In this document: in pieces, positions 8,269 through 17,544 of the stretch
Layout: the number at the start of each line of letters is the position of its first letter
How positions within the stretch are numbered: the stretch's first letter is position 1
Source of the DNA: Muribaculaceae bacterium
GTDB lineage: Bacteria > Bacteroidota > Bacteroidia > Bacteroidales > Muribaculaceae
Direction of reading: 5' to 3'
Length of the DNA stretch: 64,000 nt
NCBI GenBank assembly: GCA_022509145.1
Contig: JAFLTX010000002.1
Location: forward strand, 15,398-79,397
Translations under genes and position numbers: made by a program
The notes under the pieces: generated by a model
What the model was told of the DNA's origin: nothing
The model's database searches: none
The model's input: only the letters and a program-made list of their open reading frames with translations

Positions 8269-11082
8269 TCAGCCCTCCTGCTCTTTTAGATACTCCGCGG
8301 GAGTCTGACCGGTAATCGATTTGAAATGACGGAAGAAACTGGCCCGCGACGAGAATCCGCAACGCTCGGCAAGGGTGGTCAGAGTATACTTCGATACGTC
8401 GGAATCCCTTACCATCTGCTTGAATTCTTCCACACGATATTCGTTCACATAATCATAGTAGCTCTTCTTGAGATACTGATTGAAGAGGAACGACAATGAG
8501 TGTGCCGACGTTCCGGCCATCTCGGCCAGGCGCTTGCTGTTGAGTTCCGGATCGGTATAAGGCTTCTCGGTCTTCATCACACTCTCCAACCTTCTGTAAA
8601 GACGCTTGCACTCCTCTTCCGTGAGGCGTGTTGTGGTGTAGGCCGCGCTCTTGCGGGCGCCCTCCGCCGGGGTGCTTCCCTCCTCTTCGTGAGGCTTCAG
8701 AGTCTGCGTGAGCAGGTCGAGTTCACGTTTATGTTTACGCTTCAACGCCACGGCTACCCACGTCGTTACACCAACGATGCAGATGATGGCGCCGAGTATC
8801 AGCCAGAGCCAAGCCGTCTCGCCTCTTTTTATCACCCGCATTGAAATCTCCGAGTCGGGATCGCCGGCTCTGCGCACCCGGAGCGTATATTTCCCGGGCT
8901 TCAAGTCTTTATATTCGATGGGGTGCACGCCGTCGGTCCAGCGCCACTCCTCGTCGAGGCCCTCCATCTTATATTCCAGTTCGAAATATTCAAAATAGCG
9001 GTAGCTGAAGTCCGACACCTCCACAAGCAGGTCTCTCTCATCGTTCCCGAGCGTTATCTCGGGCATTTCGGCTCCGCTTTTGAGCCGTCCCTTTATGTTG
9101 TCTTCGTCTGCAAATATACCCGTAAAATGGAGCTTGCGACCTTTTATATCTTTCTCGAAAGCATCGGCTTTGCTTACGTCTACGGTCACCATCCCAGAGG
9201 TGGATCCCAACCAGATATTGCCGTTTTCATCCTTTATAGGCGTTGCAAGGGTGAAGACGGGGTTCACCATCCCGTCTATATTGTTGTAGATGAAATAACG
9301 GTCGTTCTTGTCGTGACGCACAAGCCCTTTGTCGGTTCCTATCCAGAGCCACCCCTCGTTGTCTTCTATTATCGACGTAAACTGCGAGAATCTCCCGTTC
9401 TCGCCTATCCGCAACGGCCCGAAATTGCGCAGCGCAAGGTCTGACTTCACGATTTCTCCCCTGTCGGGCACAAAATAGAGGTTCTTCTCCGAGTCTTCAT
9501 ACACGGTGCGTATCTTCATATTGTTGATAAACCCCGTGGGGAAGCCGGTCGACTGGAGGTGCGTCCCGTTCCAGATGGCCAACCCCGACTCGGTGCATAT
9601 CCATCCCCTTCCGGTGCTGTCGAAATAGATTTCATAGACGTTCCCTTCCGGTATCGGAGAGTTATGCGAGGTGAAGTGGCTCCACTTACCTTTCTCAAAC
9701 TTGTACAATCCTTCCGAGGAGCCAACCCACAGATTTCCTTTCCCGTCGGTCTTGATCTTGAAGATGGTGGCGTCATGGGTCTCAGCCGGGCCGAATCTCC
9801 GCAATTCTCCGGTCTTGGGATTGATGGTATACATCCCCCCGTGATAGGTTCCCACGTAGAACAGTCCGTTGAGATATTCCGAGGCAAAGATGGTGTTTGA
9901 AGCCAATTCCGGCTTCGCATAGCGGCGTATCTCCCCGGTGTGTTTGTTTATAAGGAGAGCCCCTTCGGGTGTTCCCGTCACTCCGTACACAACCCCCGTC
10001 ATATCGCCGCCATCGGCAACATCCACGCTGAAGGTCCTCACCGAGACTCCCGAAAACTTCTCGCCGCGGGGCGTCTCGTAGAACGCCAACACATCCTCGC
10101 TGTATGGCGTATAGTCCACCCCGCTCTGATAATACCCTATCCATAGGCCTCCGTCGTCTTTGCTCAGAACGCTGTAAACTGAATTTGCTCTCAGCTGCTG
10201 CTCCGAATTTACAGATGCTCTCAGGTTTTTCAGCTCTCTCCCCTCGGCCGGGCAGTAATAATATATACCTTCTCCGTCGGTACCCACCACCAGATCGTTG
10301 TCTCCCGTCACCGAAAGCGAGGTCACCACGCCGTTCCCGGGCATATACGCCTCCCCAAATTGCTTCGTCGCGGTGTCAAACGCCATCACCCCGTCTCCCT
10401 CAGTGCCTATGTAGATGGTTTTCCCTATGCGGGTTATCCGCGTGGCCTGGTGGCGGGTTGGGAGTGTATACGGCTTGAACTCCTTCATTCCGGCTTCAGA
10501 GCTCCATAATTTCTTCTCGGTGAGCACATACAGGCTCCCGTTCGGCTCGCATTCCAACCCGATTATCTCGTTTTCCGAGGATAGATTGTCTTCGACAAGC
10601 AGCCGGCTCGTGAGCTTACCGGTCTTCAAGTTGTAAATATAAAGGCCCTTCTCCGTGCCTATGTAGAGCTCTCCGTCCGCACCGACGGCAAAAGACGTCA
10701 CACTGAAGTCTATTTTATCGGCAAAGAGGCGTTTCAACTTACCGGTTTTCTCGCTCAACTCATAGAGCCCCTGATGAGTACCTACATATATTTCGCCGGG
10801 CCTCGGCTCCACTATCGCCAGCACCCTGCGCGACTGCCGTTTGTCTCCCTCTATCGGATAGCGCACTATGCGGTTGCCGTCAAAGCGGTCGAGGCTCGAC
10901 TCGGTGCCGAGCCATACGTAGCCCTGCGAGTCTTCAAAAATTACGTTTACAAGAAGATCGCTCAATCCGTGAGACAGATTCAATCCCCGCAGCCCCCTGT
11001 CGGCCGTCGACGGGGCACACACGCCGCCCTGCCACACTGCTGCAAGCACGGCCGCCACAATCAGAAATATCCGTCTCATCAT
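8269..11082 (-). CDS. Membrane-spanning AraC regulator: periplasmic beta-propeller sensor, Y_Y_Y domain, TM helix and AraC HTH, with no kinase or receiver domain
   Basis: Reg_prop repeats (DSQGYVWLGT, DSTGRGWICT); YKMEGLDEEW...YKDLKPGKYTLRVR; TM WLWLILGAIICIVGVTTWVAVAL; AraC LAERCGFSSRASFFRHFKSITGQTPAEY. Confidence 0.9.
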   Translation of the reverse strand: MMRRIFLIVAAVLAAVWQGGVCAPSTADRGLRGLNLSHGLSDLLVNVIFEDSQGYVWLGTESSLDRFDGNRIVRYPIEGDKRQSRRVLAIVEPRPGEIYVGTHQGLYELSEKTGKLKRLFADKIDFSVTSFAVGADGELYIGTEKGLYIYNLKTGKLTSRLLVEDNLSSENEIIGLECEPNGSLYVLTEKKLWSSEAGMKEFKPYTLPTRHQATRITRIGKTIYIGTEGDGVMAFDTATKQFGEAYMPGNGVVTSLSVTGDNDLVVGTDGEGIYYYCPAEGRELKNLRASVNSEQQLRANSVYSVLSKDDGGLWIGYYQSGVDYTPYSEDVLAFYETPRGEKFSGVSVRTFSVDVADGGDMTGVVYGVTGTPEGALLINKHTGEIRRYAKPELASNTIFASEYLNGLFYVGTYHGGMYTINPKTGELRRFGPAETHDATIFKIKTDGKGNLWVGSSEGLYKFEKGKWSHFTSHNSPIPEGNVYEIYFDSTGRGWICTESGLAIWNGTHLQSTGFPTGFINNMKIRTVYEDSEKNLYFVPDRGEIVKSDLALRNFGPLRIGENGRFSQFTSIIEDNEGWLWIGTDKGLVRHDKNDRYFIYNNIDGMVNPVFTLATPIKDENGNIWLGSTSGMVTVDVSKADAFEKDIKGRKLHFTGIFADEDNIKGRLKSGAEMPEITLGNDERDLLVEVSDFSYRYFEYFELEYKMEGLDEEWRWTDGVHPIEYKDLKPGKYTLRVRRAGDPDSEISMRVIKRGETAWLWLILGAIICIVGVTTWVAVALKRKHKRELDLLTQTLKPHEEEGSTPAEGARKSAAYTTTRLTEEECKRLYRRLESVMKTEKPYTDPELNSKRLAEMAGTSAHSLSFLFNQYLKKSYYDYVNEYRVEEFKQMVRDSDVSKYTLTTLAERCGFSSRASFFRHFKSITGQTPAEYLKEQEG

Positions 11083-11222
11083 ATTAAATTCAAACTCTCT
11101 CTCAAGCGTTTATACGCAACTTTTCCTCCAAAATACAAATTTAATAAAATTTTTTCTTTTTTGCCCCTCGATATCGTTTTTATATGCCCCTTTTTTCTTC
11201 TTTATCATTTTTTTAACTTTTT

Positions 11223-11250
11223 ATTGAGTGTCAGAGCACTCCGATGCGTA
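11223..11250 (+). promoter_or_regulatory. Putative ECF-sigma promoter ATTGAGTGTC-AGA-N9-TGCGTA
   Basis: Same two boxes and same spacing as at 46932-46959, upstream of the paralogous gene. Confidence 0.55.
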
Positions 11251-11284
11251 TTTATCTCCAGACGAAATCTAAAAATATACTATA

Positions 11285-13162
11285 ATGAAACTGAAATTTA
11301 CATTACTTTCGATGCTGCTTGCAGGCTGGGGCCTCGCCTCTGCCCAAGACGCAGCTCCCACAGAATTCTCGTGTGTGGCCGACACATGGATCCGCCAAAA
11401 CAACGAAACATTTAAAAACAACTCCGATGTTAAGGTTGAAGTCCGTATGGACGCTCTTAAGGACGATGCTGGCGTAGCCACCGGCGAATACGCAATTTTC
11501 GGCGCCCTATACGGCTTCAATTTCAATATTCCCGCCGGCATGAAAGTGGAGAGCGCTACAGTGCGCCTCGTCACCGAGCGCTGGAAAGGGTGCCCCATCA
11601 ATGTTTATGGTTATTCCAACGATTTTGTTGAGGGCAGCGCTACCTGGGGCTCGGAATCCGATTACCTCGACGCTACTCTCGCAGGCAGCCCGATTCTTAA
11701 CTTCACTCCTGCCGCCCAACGAAATGTGGCTCTGGGCGATGATAATGTAGGCGCAGACTATCGCGATTTGGAGAAATGGACCAATATGCTCGACATTACC
11801 GACTATGTAAAGTCCCTCTCCTCAACAGCTACCCGCGTCAATCTTTTCCTCGCTCCCTCTGAAAACAACACCAACCAGAACTGCTTTTACACCAAGGACG
11901 CCCAAGATGTCGTAAACAAAAACGACGCCACCCTGACATTCCAGGCTGCAGACCTGGTGCCGGTGCTTTACCTGACTTTCACCGAGGACACCGACAACAC
12001 AAAAGCCGTCCGGACTCCGAGCGCCGACAATTTCGTAAGAAGCAGTGCAGCTGGGAACAACTATGCCACTAACGCTGAAATGGAAATCTATACCCAGGCC
12101 GGTGATCCTTCCAACACCTACTTCGTGGGTCTGATGAGGTTCGATCTCCCTGCCGAGCTCCTTTCAGGCGACTATGAAATCTCCGAAGCTACCCTTCGCC
12201 TTGTCACTACCTACTGCAAGGGCGACCGCAATATGGGCATCTACGCTTTCGGCGACTTCGTTGAAAACGCTAGCTGGAACGATGTAGGCAACGACGTGCT
12301 GGATGCGCTGGGTAAAGATCCCGTGGCTAAATTCACTGCTGCAGGTGCCGGCGACAAAGCCCTCAACGGCGGAGACAAAATCGGCGACGATTACACCACA
12401 GTTGAGTCATGGACCAACATTATCGACCTTACGGACTATGCCAAATCAGTAGTTGAAGGTAACTCAACAAACCTCTCTTTCGCCATAGCAAAAACTGCGG
12501 TGCAGAACAACAACAACGCTGTGAAATTCGCCACAAAAGAAACAGGCGCCAAGCAAGGTGTCAAGTCGTCAGACGGCTCCACTTTCGAATTTGCAGCCGA
12601 AGACGTTCTCCCCCAGCTCATCCTTGTCTACTCCAAGAAAGAGGCCGAAGAGCAACCCGGCGACGATGACGACGAAGACCTCGTTATCGAACCCTCAGAC
12701 CACAACACCGTCTGCAAGATCGACGAGGAAACGGGCACTCTGGTCATCACCACTGCCAACCAAACGGCTGCTACGATTCTAATCACTGTTCCCGAGGGCA
12801 CGGTTGCGGTTTACTATAAAATCGAACCCTTCACCCGCTCTTCCAACGTCCTTACTTACGACGCTCCCGCCGGTTATACGGAAATCACTCCCGACACCAA
12901 CGGCAATTACGCTGTGAAGCTCACTACCGGCAGCGAGGGGAACCTGTCGCTTAAGTATGTTGACGCCGACGACAACGAGAAAGACAAGAATTACAAATAT
13001 TATGTAACCTACGACCAGACCACAGGTGTGGAACTCGTTGAGTCTGCCGACGCTCAAGCCGCAGCCGTCTTCACTCTCCAGGGCACCCGCGTCCTGAACC
13101 CCGAAAAGGGCCAGATCTACATTATGGTAGTCAACGGCCGCGCAGCCAAAGTAGTCTTCTAA
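11285..13162 (+). CDS. Secreted protein with two tandem DNRLRE/CBM96-like domains and a T9SS-like C-terminal tail
   Basis: Signal peptide; internal repeat ADTWIRQ..ESATVRLVT..WTNMLDITDY / ADNFVRS..SEATLRLVT..WTNIIDLTDY; tail FTLQGTRVLNPEKGQIYI...KVVF. Confidence 0.65.
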   Translation: MKLKFTLLSMLLAGWGLASAQDAAPTEFSCVADTWIRQNNETFKNNSDVKVEVRMDALKDDAGVATGEYAIFGALYGFNFNIPAGMKVESATVRLVTERWKGCPINVYGYSNDFVEGSATWGSESDYLDATLAGSPILNFTPAAQRNVALGDDNVGADYRDLEKWTNMLDITDYVKSLSSTATRVNLFLAPSENNTNQNCFYTKDAQDVVNKNDATLTFQAADLVPVLYLTFTEDTDNTKAVRTPSADNFVRSSAAGNNYATNAEMEIYTQAGDPSNTYFVGLMRFDLPAELLSGDYEISEATLRLVTTYCKGDRNMGIYAFGDFVENASWNDVGNDVLDALGKDPVAKFTAAGAGDKALNGGDKIGDDYTTVESWTNIIDLTDYAKSVVEGNSTNLSFAIAKTAVQNNNNAVKFATKETGAKQGVKSSDGSTFEFAAEDVLPQLILVYSKKEAEEQPGDDDDEDLVIEPSDHNTVCKIDEETGTLVITTANQTAATILITVPEGTVAVYYKIEPFTRSSNVLTYDAPAGYTEITPDTNGNYAVKLTTGSEGNLSLKYVDADDNEKDKNYKYYVTYDQTTGVELVESADAQAAAVFTLQGTRVLNPEKGQIYIMVVNGRAAKVVF

Positions 13163-13191
13163 CAAGTTGCTCATTACCATTATTATACCAC

Positions 13192-13228
13192 CAAGGGGGC
13201 GAGTCTGAATTCAGATTCGCCCCCTTGA
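13192..13228. terminator. Bidirectional intrinsic terminator
   Basis: CAAGGGGGCGAGTCTG-AATT-CAGATTCGCCCCCTTG between convergent genes. Confidence 0.85.
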
Positions 13229-13279
13229 TTTTCCCCTTATTTGTAAACTTCTCTCCTTCCCTGTCTCCCTAATTTCAAG

Positions 13280-13621
13280 CTATTTCTTGCGGGGAGGCGT
13301 GGGCTTCGTCAGGTAACGCGTCCAGGCCCAAAACTTGCGGCGGGGAAGATAAGTCAGGTCATCGCCGTTGGTATACGCCTCGCGCTCGAACGAGAGGTTG
13401 CGGTATGCCCGGTCCCAGTTGCGGTATTGCAGTATCCTCACCATCCATTCCAGCAGATAGACAATATAAAACCCGACGAAAAGCATCTCGCGCATCTGCG
13501 CGGTATGGATTCGCTCGTGGTTTACCACCTTCTCGTCTATCCAGCTTTTATCGCCGGTAAAATATATGCCGAAAAGATTGATACACAACCTTTTCGGCAC
13601 TAATTTACATTCTATCGTCAT
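13280..13621 (-). CDS. Small conserved protein with a zincin-like HExxH motif
   Basis: NHERIHTAQ...FYIVYLLEW...AYRNLSFEREAY. Confidence 0.7.
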   Translation of the reverse strand: MTIECKLVPKRLCINLFGIYFTGDKSWIDEKVVNHERIHTAQMREMLFVGFYIVYLLEWMVRILQYRNWDRAYRNLSFEREAYTNGDDLTYLPRRKFWAWTRYLTKPTPPRKK

Positions 13622-13633
13622 CTTCCTGAAGAA

Positions 13634-15460
13634 TTAGAGCGCCACTTTCTCGGTCTTGCGCCCCTTCACTCGGATATACACCCCGCGGGTCGGATTCTCC
13701 ACTCGGATTCCCTGCAGGTTGTAATATTCTACAGTCTCATCGTCGTCGGCCTCCACTTCATTCACCGCCGAGGGTTCAGTCAGGCTCACCTGCATCGAGC
13801 CCAGGTCAAGGCGCACGTTATACGTACCGGCTTTGATCTTCCACGACTTGCACGACGAGGCGTCCATTCCGCCTACATACTTCACCACTCCCTGGCTCTG
13901 CCCCTTCTGCAACAGCTGGTTTTCCGAGCTTGCGCCGTAACGATGGTTGGCGTTTACCGTATCCCAGTCGCTGCCGAGTTTGGTGGCAAAAGAGATGAAC
14001 CCGTAGCCGTTCTCACCGTTGTCAATAGTCACGTCTTCCCATGTGTAGACGCCTTTCTGCCCGGCCTTTGAGATCCCTTTCGAAGTAGACCATTCATAGC
14101 CGTTCACGTGTCCCTGCATATAGAGCACCGACGGATAGTCCGTGTCGTCGGGGGTGCTCGGCGTCACTCCGCCGCTGGTAGTGGCCCATACGCAATAACC
14201 GTTGCCAGAACACTTTATCTGCGCGTTGGTATAACCGTCGGGAGCGGCCATCGAGCTGCCGATCTTCACCACGAGCTTCCCGTTTGTGCCGGTTACCTCC
14301 GCCATATAGCAGTCGCGCTCAAGCCTCAGCACAGTCACCGGACTCATATTGTGCACACCCACCTGGTTGCGCACGTTGATAAGCGCTTGTATCTCTTTCT
14401 TATAGGCCTGATAGTGGGGATAAAACACGCAAGGCGTACCCGGCGAGCAAAGCATGAAGGCGTTTGCGGCCACTACATTCCCCGTAAACTTGCTTCCGTC
14501 GCGATACGTGTCGTGATTGTCTACAAACGTCACGGCATACTGCGCATATCCATAGTGGATAAGTCCGGCCGGCTGGGGAGTAATATACTGAGCGGCCCAT
14601 GAAAGCTTGGTCATGTCGTTGGCCGAGAAAGCTTCGTTCACGGCATACTTGAACGGGAAGTCAAACGCCGCCGACTCGCGTCCCGTGGCCTCGATCCATG
14701 CCGCCACGGCGTCGTAGCTGCTGTCGAAATACTCTCCAACACAGAATTGAGGCTTCGAATATTGATTGTAAATCTTGGTGTACTGGCCGCCGTAACCTTT
14801 CACCATATCGAGGCGAAAACCTACGTAACCCATATCGTCGAGCAGGAATTTGCAATAGTTTTTCACGTGATTTTGCACCGTGGTATTCGTATGGTCCAGG
14901 TCGCGGGCTCCGCCGAAATCTTCACCGGTATCGGGATTTCCCTTTTTGTATGGGCAGCCTTGGCCGCCTTCGCTCCACATCTCGTCGGTAGAGCAGATGG
15001 CGCCGTCTGTGAGCTGCCATGTCTGCCCGTTCCAGCTTTCACGTGGAAAATCATATGGCCTTGTTACCCCGACGCGATGGTTTACAACCACATCCTCGAT
15101 AAACCCCACTCCTTTCTCCTTATAGGTGCTTATCATCGTCTTGAGCTCTGCGGCAGTGCCGTAGGCGCAGTTATGGTTGGTAAACCAATAGATGGGCATA
15201 TACCCGTTGCCGCCTCCGTTCTCGCCGTTGGCACGGGCGCTGTTGGGGATCCAAATCAACTTGAAATACTGCGACAGCTCGTCGGCTCGCTTCGTCAGTG
15301 TAGCCCATTTCGTGTCGTCTTCCGCTTTATAAGAATCCCAATAAAAACCTTGTAGCATTACACCCTTATAGTTGGCCGGCCAGCCGGCAGCCTTCCCGCT
15401 CTGCAATCCCAAAGTGAATATTGCAGCCAGAATAAAAAGTTGGCGTATAAGTTTCATCAT
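13634..15460 (-). CDS. Secreted GH13 alpha-amylase with a C-terminal starch-binding-like module and T9SS-like tail
   Basis: VMLQGFYWD, DVVVNHR, GFRLDMVKGY (nucleophile), GEYF, FVDNHD; tail EYYNLQGIRVENPTRGVYI. Confidence 0.92.
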   Translation of the reverse strand: MMKLIRQLFILAAIFTLGLQSGKAAGWPANYKGVMLQGFYWDSYKAEDDTKWATLTKRADELSQYFKLIWIPNSARANGENGGGNGYMPIYWFTNHNCAYGTAAELKTMISTYKEKGVGFIEDVVVNHRVGVTRPYDFPRESWNGQTWQLTDGAICSTDEMWSEGGQGCPYKKGNPDTGEDFGGARDLDHTNTTVQNHVKNYCKFLLDDMGYVGFRLDMVKGYGGQYTKIYNQYSKPQFCVGEYFDSSYDAVAAWIEATGRESAAFDFPFKYAVNEAFSANDMTKLSWAAQYITPQPAGLIHYGYAQYAVTFVDNHDTYRDGSKFTGNVVAANAFMLCSPGTPCVFYPHYQAYKKEIQALINVRNQVGVHNMSPVTVLRLERDCYMAEVTGTNGKLVVKIGSSMAAPDGYTNAQIKCSGNGYCVWATTSGGVTPSTPDDTDYPSVLYMQGHVNGYEWSTSKGISKAGQKGVYTWEDVTIDNGENGYGFISFATKLGSDWDTVNANHRYGASSENQLLQKGQSQGVVKYVGGMDASSCKSWKIKAGTYNVRLDLGSMQVSLTEPSAVNEVEADDDETVEYYNLQGIRVENPTRGVYIRVKGRKTEKVAL

Positions 15461-15669
15461 ATCATTCTTTTAGTTAAGCCGTTATTGCCTGCTTTTGAGC
15501 CGCTCTCCCCTCCCATTATTAATGGAGAAAATTCTCCTTCAAAGGATTGAATTTCATCCCGCGGGAGTATGGAGATTCCAACGTTCAAAAGCAATTTTTG
15601 TGCGTAATCATCTTCCGCGCCTACAAATATAATAAAATTTTCCCAAACTCCTTCCCCAAATGATTTGTC

Positions 15670-15723
15670 AGCTATCATAGCTATCGTAGCTATTTTAGCT
15701 ATTTTAGCTATTTTAGCTATCGC
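15670..15723. repeat. Tandem 9-bp array, AGCTATnnn x6
   Basis: agctatcat agctatcgt agctatttt x3 agctatcgc. Confidence 0.9.
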
Positions 15724-15747
15724 GCGGAGTGCTCTTCCGGGTCTCGC

Positions 15748-16116
15748 TCAGGAGATGGTCTTCCCGAAGGGGAAGAGGGCGAGCCATGCCAGCTTGAAAT
15801 GCTGGTTACCGAAGGGAATGCCGATTATCGTGATGTAGAATATCAACCCCCACACCACGTGAGTAAGGGCTATCACAAACCCTCCTACAAACCACCAAAC
15901 CACGTTCATTATATCAGCAAAACAGCCCTGCGGCCAGCCGTCGCTCTGAATGGTGGTGCCGAACGGCCACAATGCCACCAACGCCAGCTTGAGCGTCTGG
16001 AGCCCGAACGGAATCCCTATGATGGTCACCATCATCGCGATGCTGGACATCACGTATTCCACGGCAATCATAAAACCGCCGAAAACAACCCAAATAATAT
16101 TCAGAAACGTCTTCAT
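15748..16116 (-). CDS. yccF: YccF-domain inner membrane protein
   Basis: Two repeats NIIW...TIIGIPFG...LWPFG / ITIIGIPFG...LFPFG. Confidence 0.9.
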   Translation of the reverse strand: MKTFLNIIWVVFGGFMIAVEYVMSSIAMMVTIIGIPFGLQTLKLALVALWPFGTTIQSDGWPQGCFADIMNVVWWFVGGFVIALTHVVWGLIFYITIIGIPFGNQHFKLAWLALFPFGKTIS

Positions 16117-16127
16117 AATCAGTCGGT

Positions 16128-16478
16128 TTATTGCGTCAACGCGTTATAGACAACCACCGCATTGTTGTGCTGCTCGTCATGGGAAGAGTAAAGGAGCGTG
16201 ACCACCGGTTTTGTCTCCAAAAGCTTTTTCAAAGCCGCGAAAGCCGCGCTCTCATTGAGTTCCGCCATATATTTCTGCTCGAATTCAGACCATCTGTCTG
16301 TAGGGTCGGCATGAAACCATTCCCGCAGTTCCGTAGAGGGCGCGATATCCTTGTCCCACAAATCATAATGGAAATTCTCGTGACTCAATCCGCGGGGCCA
16401 GAGACGGTCGATATAGACCCTGTATCCATCGTCGGCCGATTCCCCTTCATACGCCCTTTTAATTCTATACTCTGTCAT
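16128..16478 (-). CDS. DUF488/YeaO family protein
   Basis: IKRAYE...DDGYRVYIDRLWPRG...IAPSTELREWF...HNNAVV. Confidence 0.92.
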   Translation of the reverse strand: MTEYRIKRAYEGESADDGYRVYIDRLWPRGLSHENFHYDLWDKDIAPSTELREWFHADPTDRWSEFEQKYMAELNESAAFAALKKLLETKPVVTLLYSSHDEQHNNAVVVYNALTQ

Positions 16479-16587
16479 ACCGTCAGTTCTTTTTCTTTAA
16501 AAACACCCTCTCCCCACAAAAAGTTGTCCCGGCCTCTGGTGCTGACTGCCGAGGTTGAACAAGCCTTGACGGATGCCGCGGACAGGT

Positions 16588-17544
16588 CTAATAAAAAATC
16601 CTTGAAAGGATGCCCAAAGCCGGGCGCCCGAGCAGCGACACCACCGCGCCGATCTTATTCTTCAGCTTTACATCCCTGTCTCTGAGCGCACGCGAGCGCC
16701 CTTCCTTGATCACGGCTATGCAACGGGCCTCGGCTTCGGGATTCCGAACGCCGTTCTTCAGCAAGAGCATAAGGATGTTGAAGTGGGCGCTGAAACGGCG
16801 GTCGAGCGCCGCTCCGTGCAGCTCAGGATACCGCTCGGCAAAGAACCCAGCCATCCTGTCGGTTACGTCGAGCACGTCCAGACGCCCGTCGCTCCAGCGG
16901 TTGACAAAACTCCCGGCATGGTCGCGGTAGAAATAGAGAGGCTCCTCGATATAGAGAATCTTTCCCGCCCCTTCCATAATCCTGTAAAACGAATCGAGGT
17001 CTTCATACCAGATCCCCTCCCTGAAACCTCCTGCGCTCACGATGCGTTCTTTCCTGTAGAGTTTCGCCCAGGCCGAGTTGAGGCGAAGATGCCGGTATAG
17101 CGTAGCCTTCATCGCCCCTTCATAATCAAACTCCCTGCAACGGAACCTTCCGTAACTCCGCGGTGTAAATTCACCGCTACGGCAAAAGGCGGCGCAACAC
17201 ACGTCGGCGCCGCGCTCTTTCAGCAAGCCGAGCATCGCCTCGAGGGCCTGGGGATAGAGAGCGTCGTCGCTGTCGAGAAATGTTACGTATTCCCCGCGTG
17301 CTTCCGCCGTTCCGGCATTCCGGGCTCCCGACAATCCGCGGTTCTGCGGAAGGTCGATCACCCGAAACCTGCCGTCTCCCTCCGTGAGCCGCCGCGCGAG
17401 CTCCGGCGTGGAGTCTGTGGAGGCATCGTTCACTATGATGGCTTCGAAAGTCGCCAAAGTCTGGGCCTTCACTGAAGATATGCACTCCTCCAGATAGGCC
17501 TCCGCATTGTACGCCGGAATTATTATAGAGATCTCAGGTAACAT
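16588..17544 (-). CDS. Glycosyltransferase family 2
   Basis: ISIIIPAYNAEAYL, IVNDASTD, GLSGARNAG, FLDSDD, YEDL. Confidence 0.93.
   Translation of the reverse strand: MLPEISIIIPAYNAEAYLEECISSVKAQTLATFEAIIVNDASTDSTPELARRLTEGDGRFRVIDLPQNRGLSGARNAGTAEARGEYVTFLDSDDALYPQALEAMLGLLKERGADVCCAAFCRSGEFTPRSYGRFRCREFDYEGAMKATLYRHLRLNSAWAKLYRKERIVSAGGFREGIWYEDLDSFYRIMEGAGKILYIEEPLYFYRDHAGSFVNRWSDGRLDVLDVTDRMAGFFAERYPELHGAALDRRFSAHFNILMLLLKNGVRNPEAEARCIAVIKEGRSRALRDRDVKLKNKIGAVVSLLGRPALGILSRIFY

Noticed and set aside
15457-15678. 73-aa ORF upstream of the amylase
   Set aside because: Starts inside the repeat array and spans the amylase promoter/UTR (TATATTTG box); likely spurious.
16520-16587. GC-rich stem between GT2 and DUF488 as an SRP RNA or riboswitch
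   Set aside because: No SRP or riboswitch signature; most simply a loose terminator-like fold.
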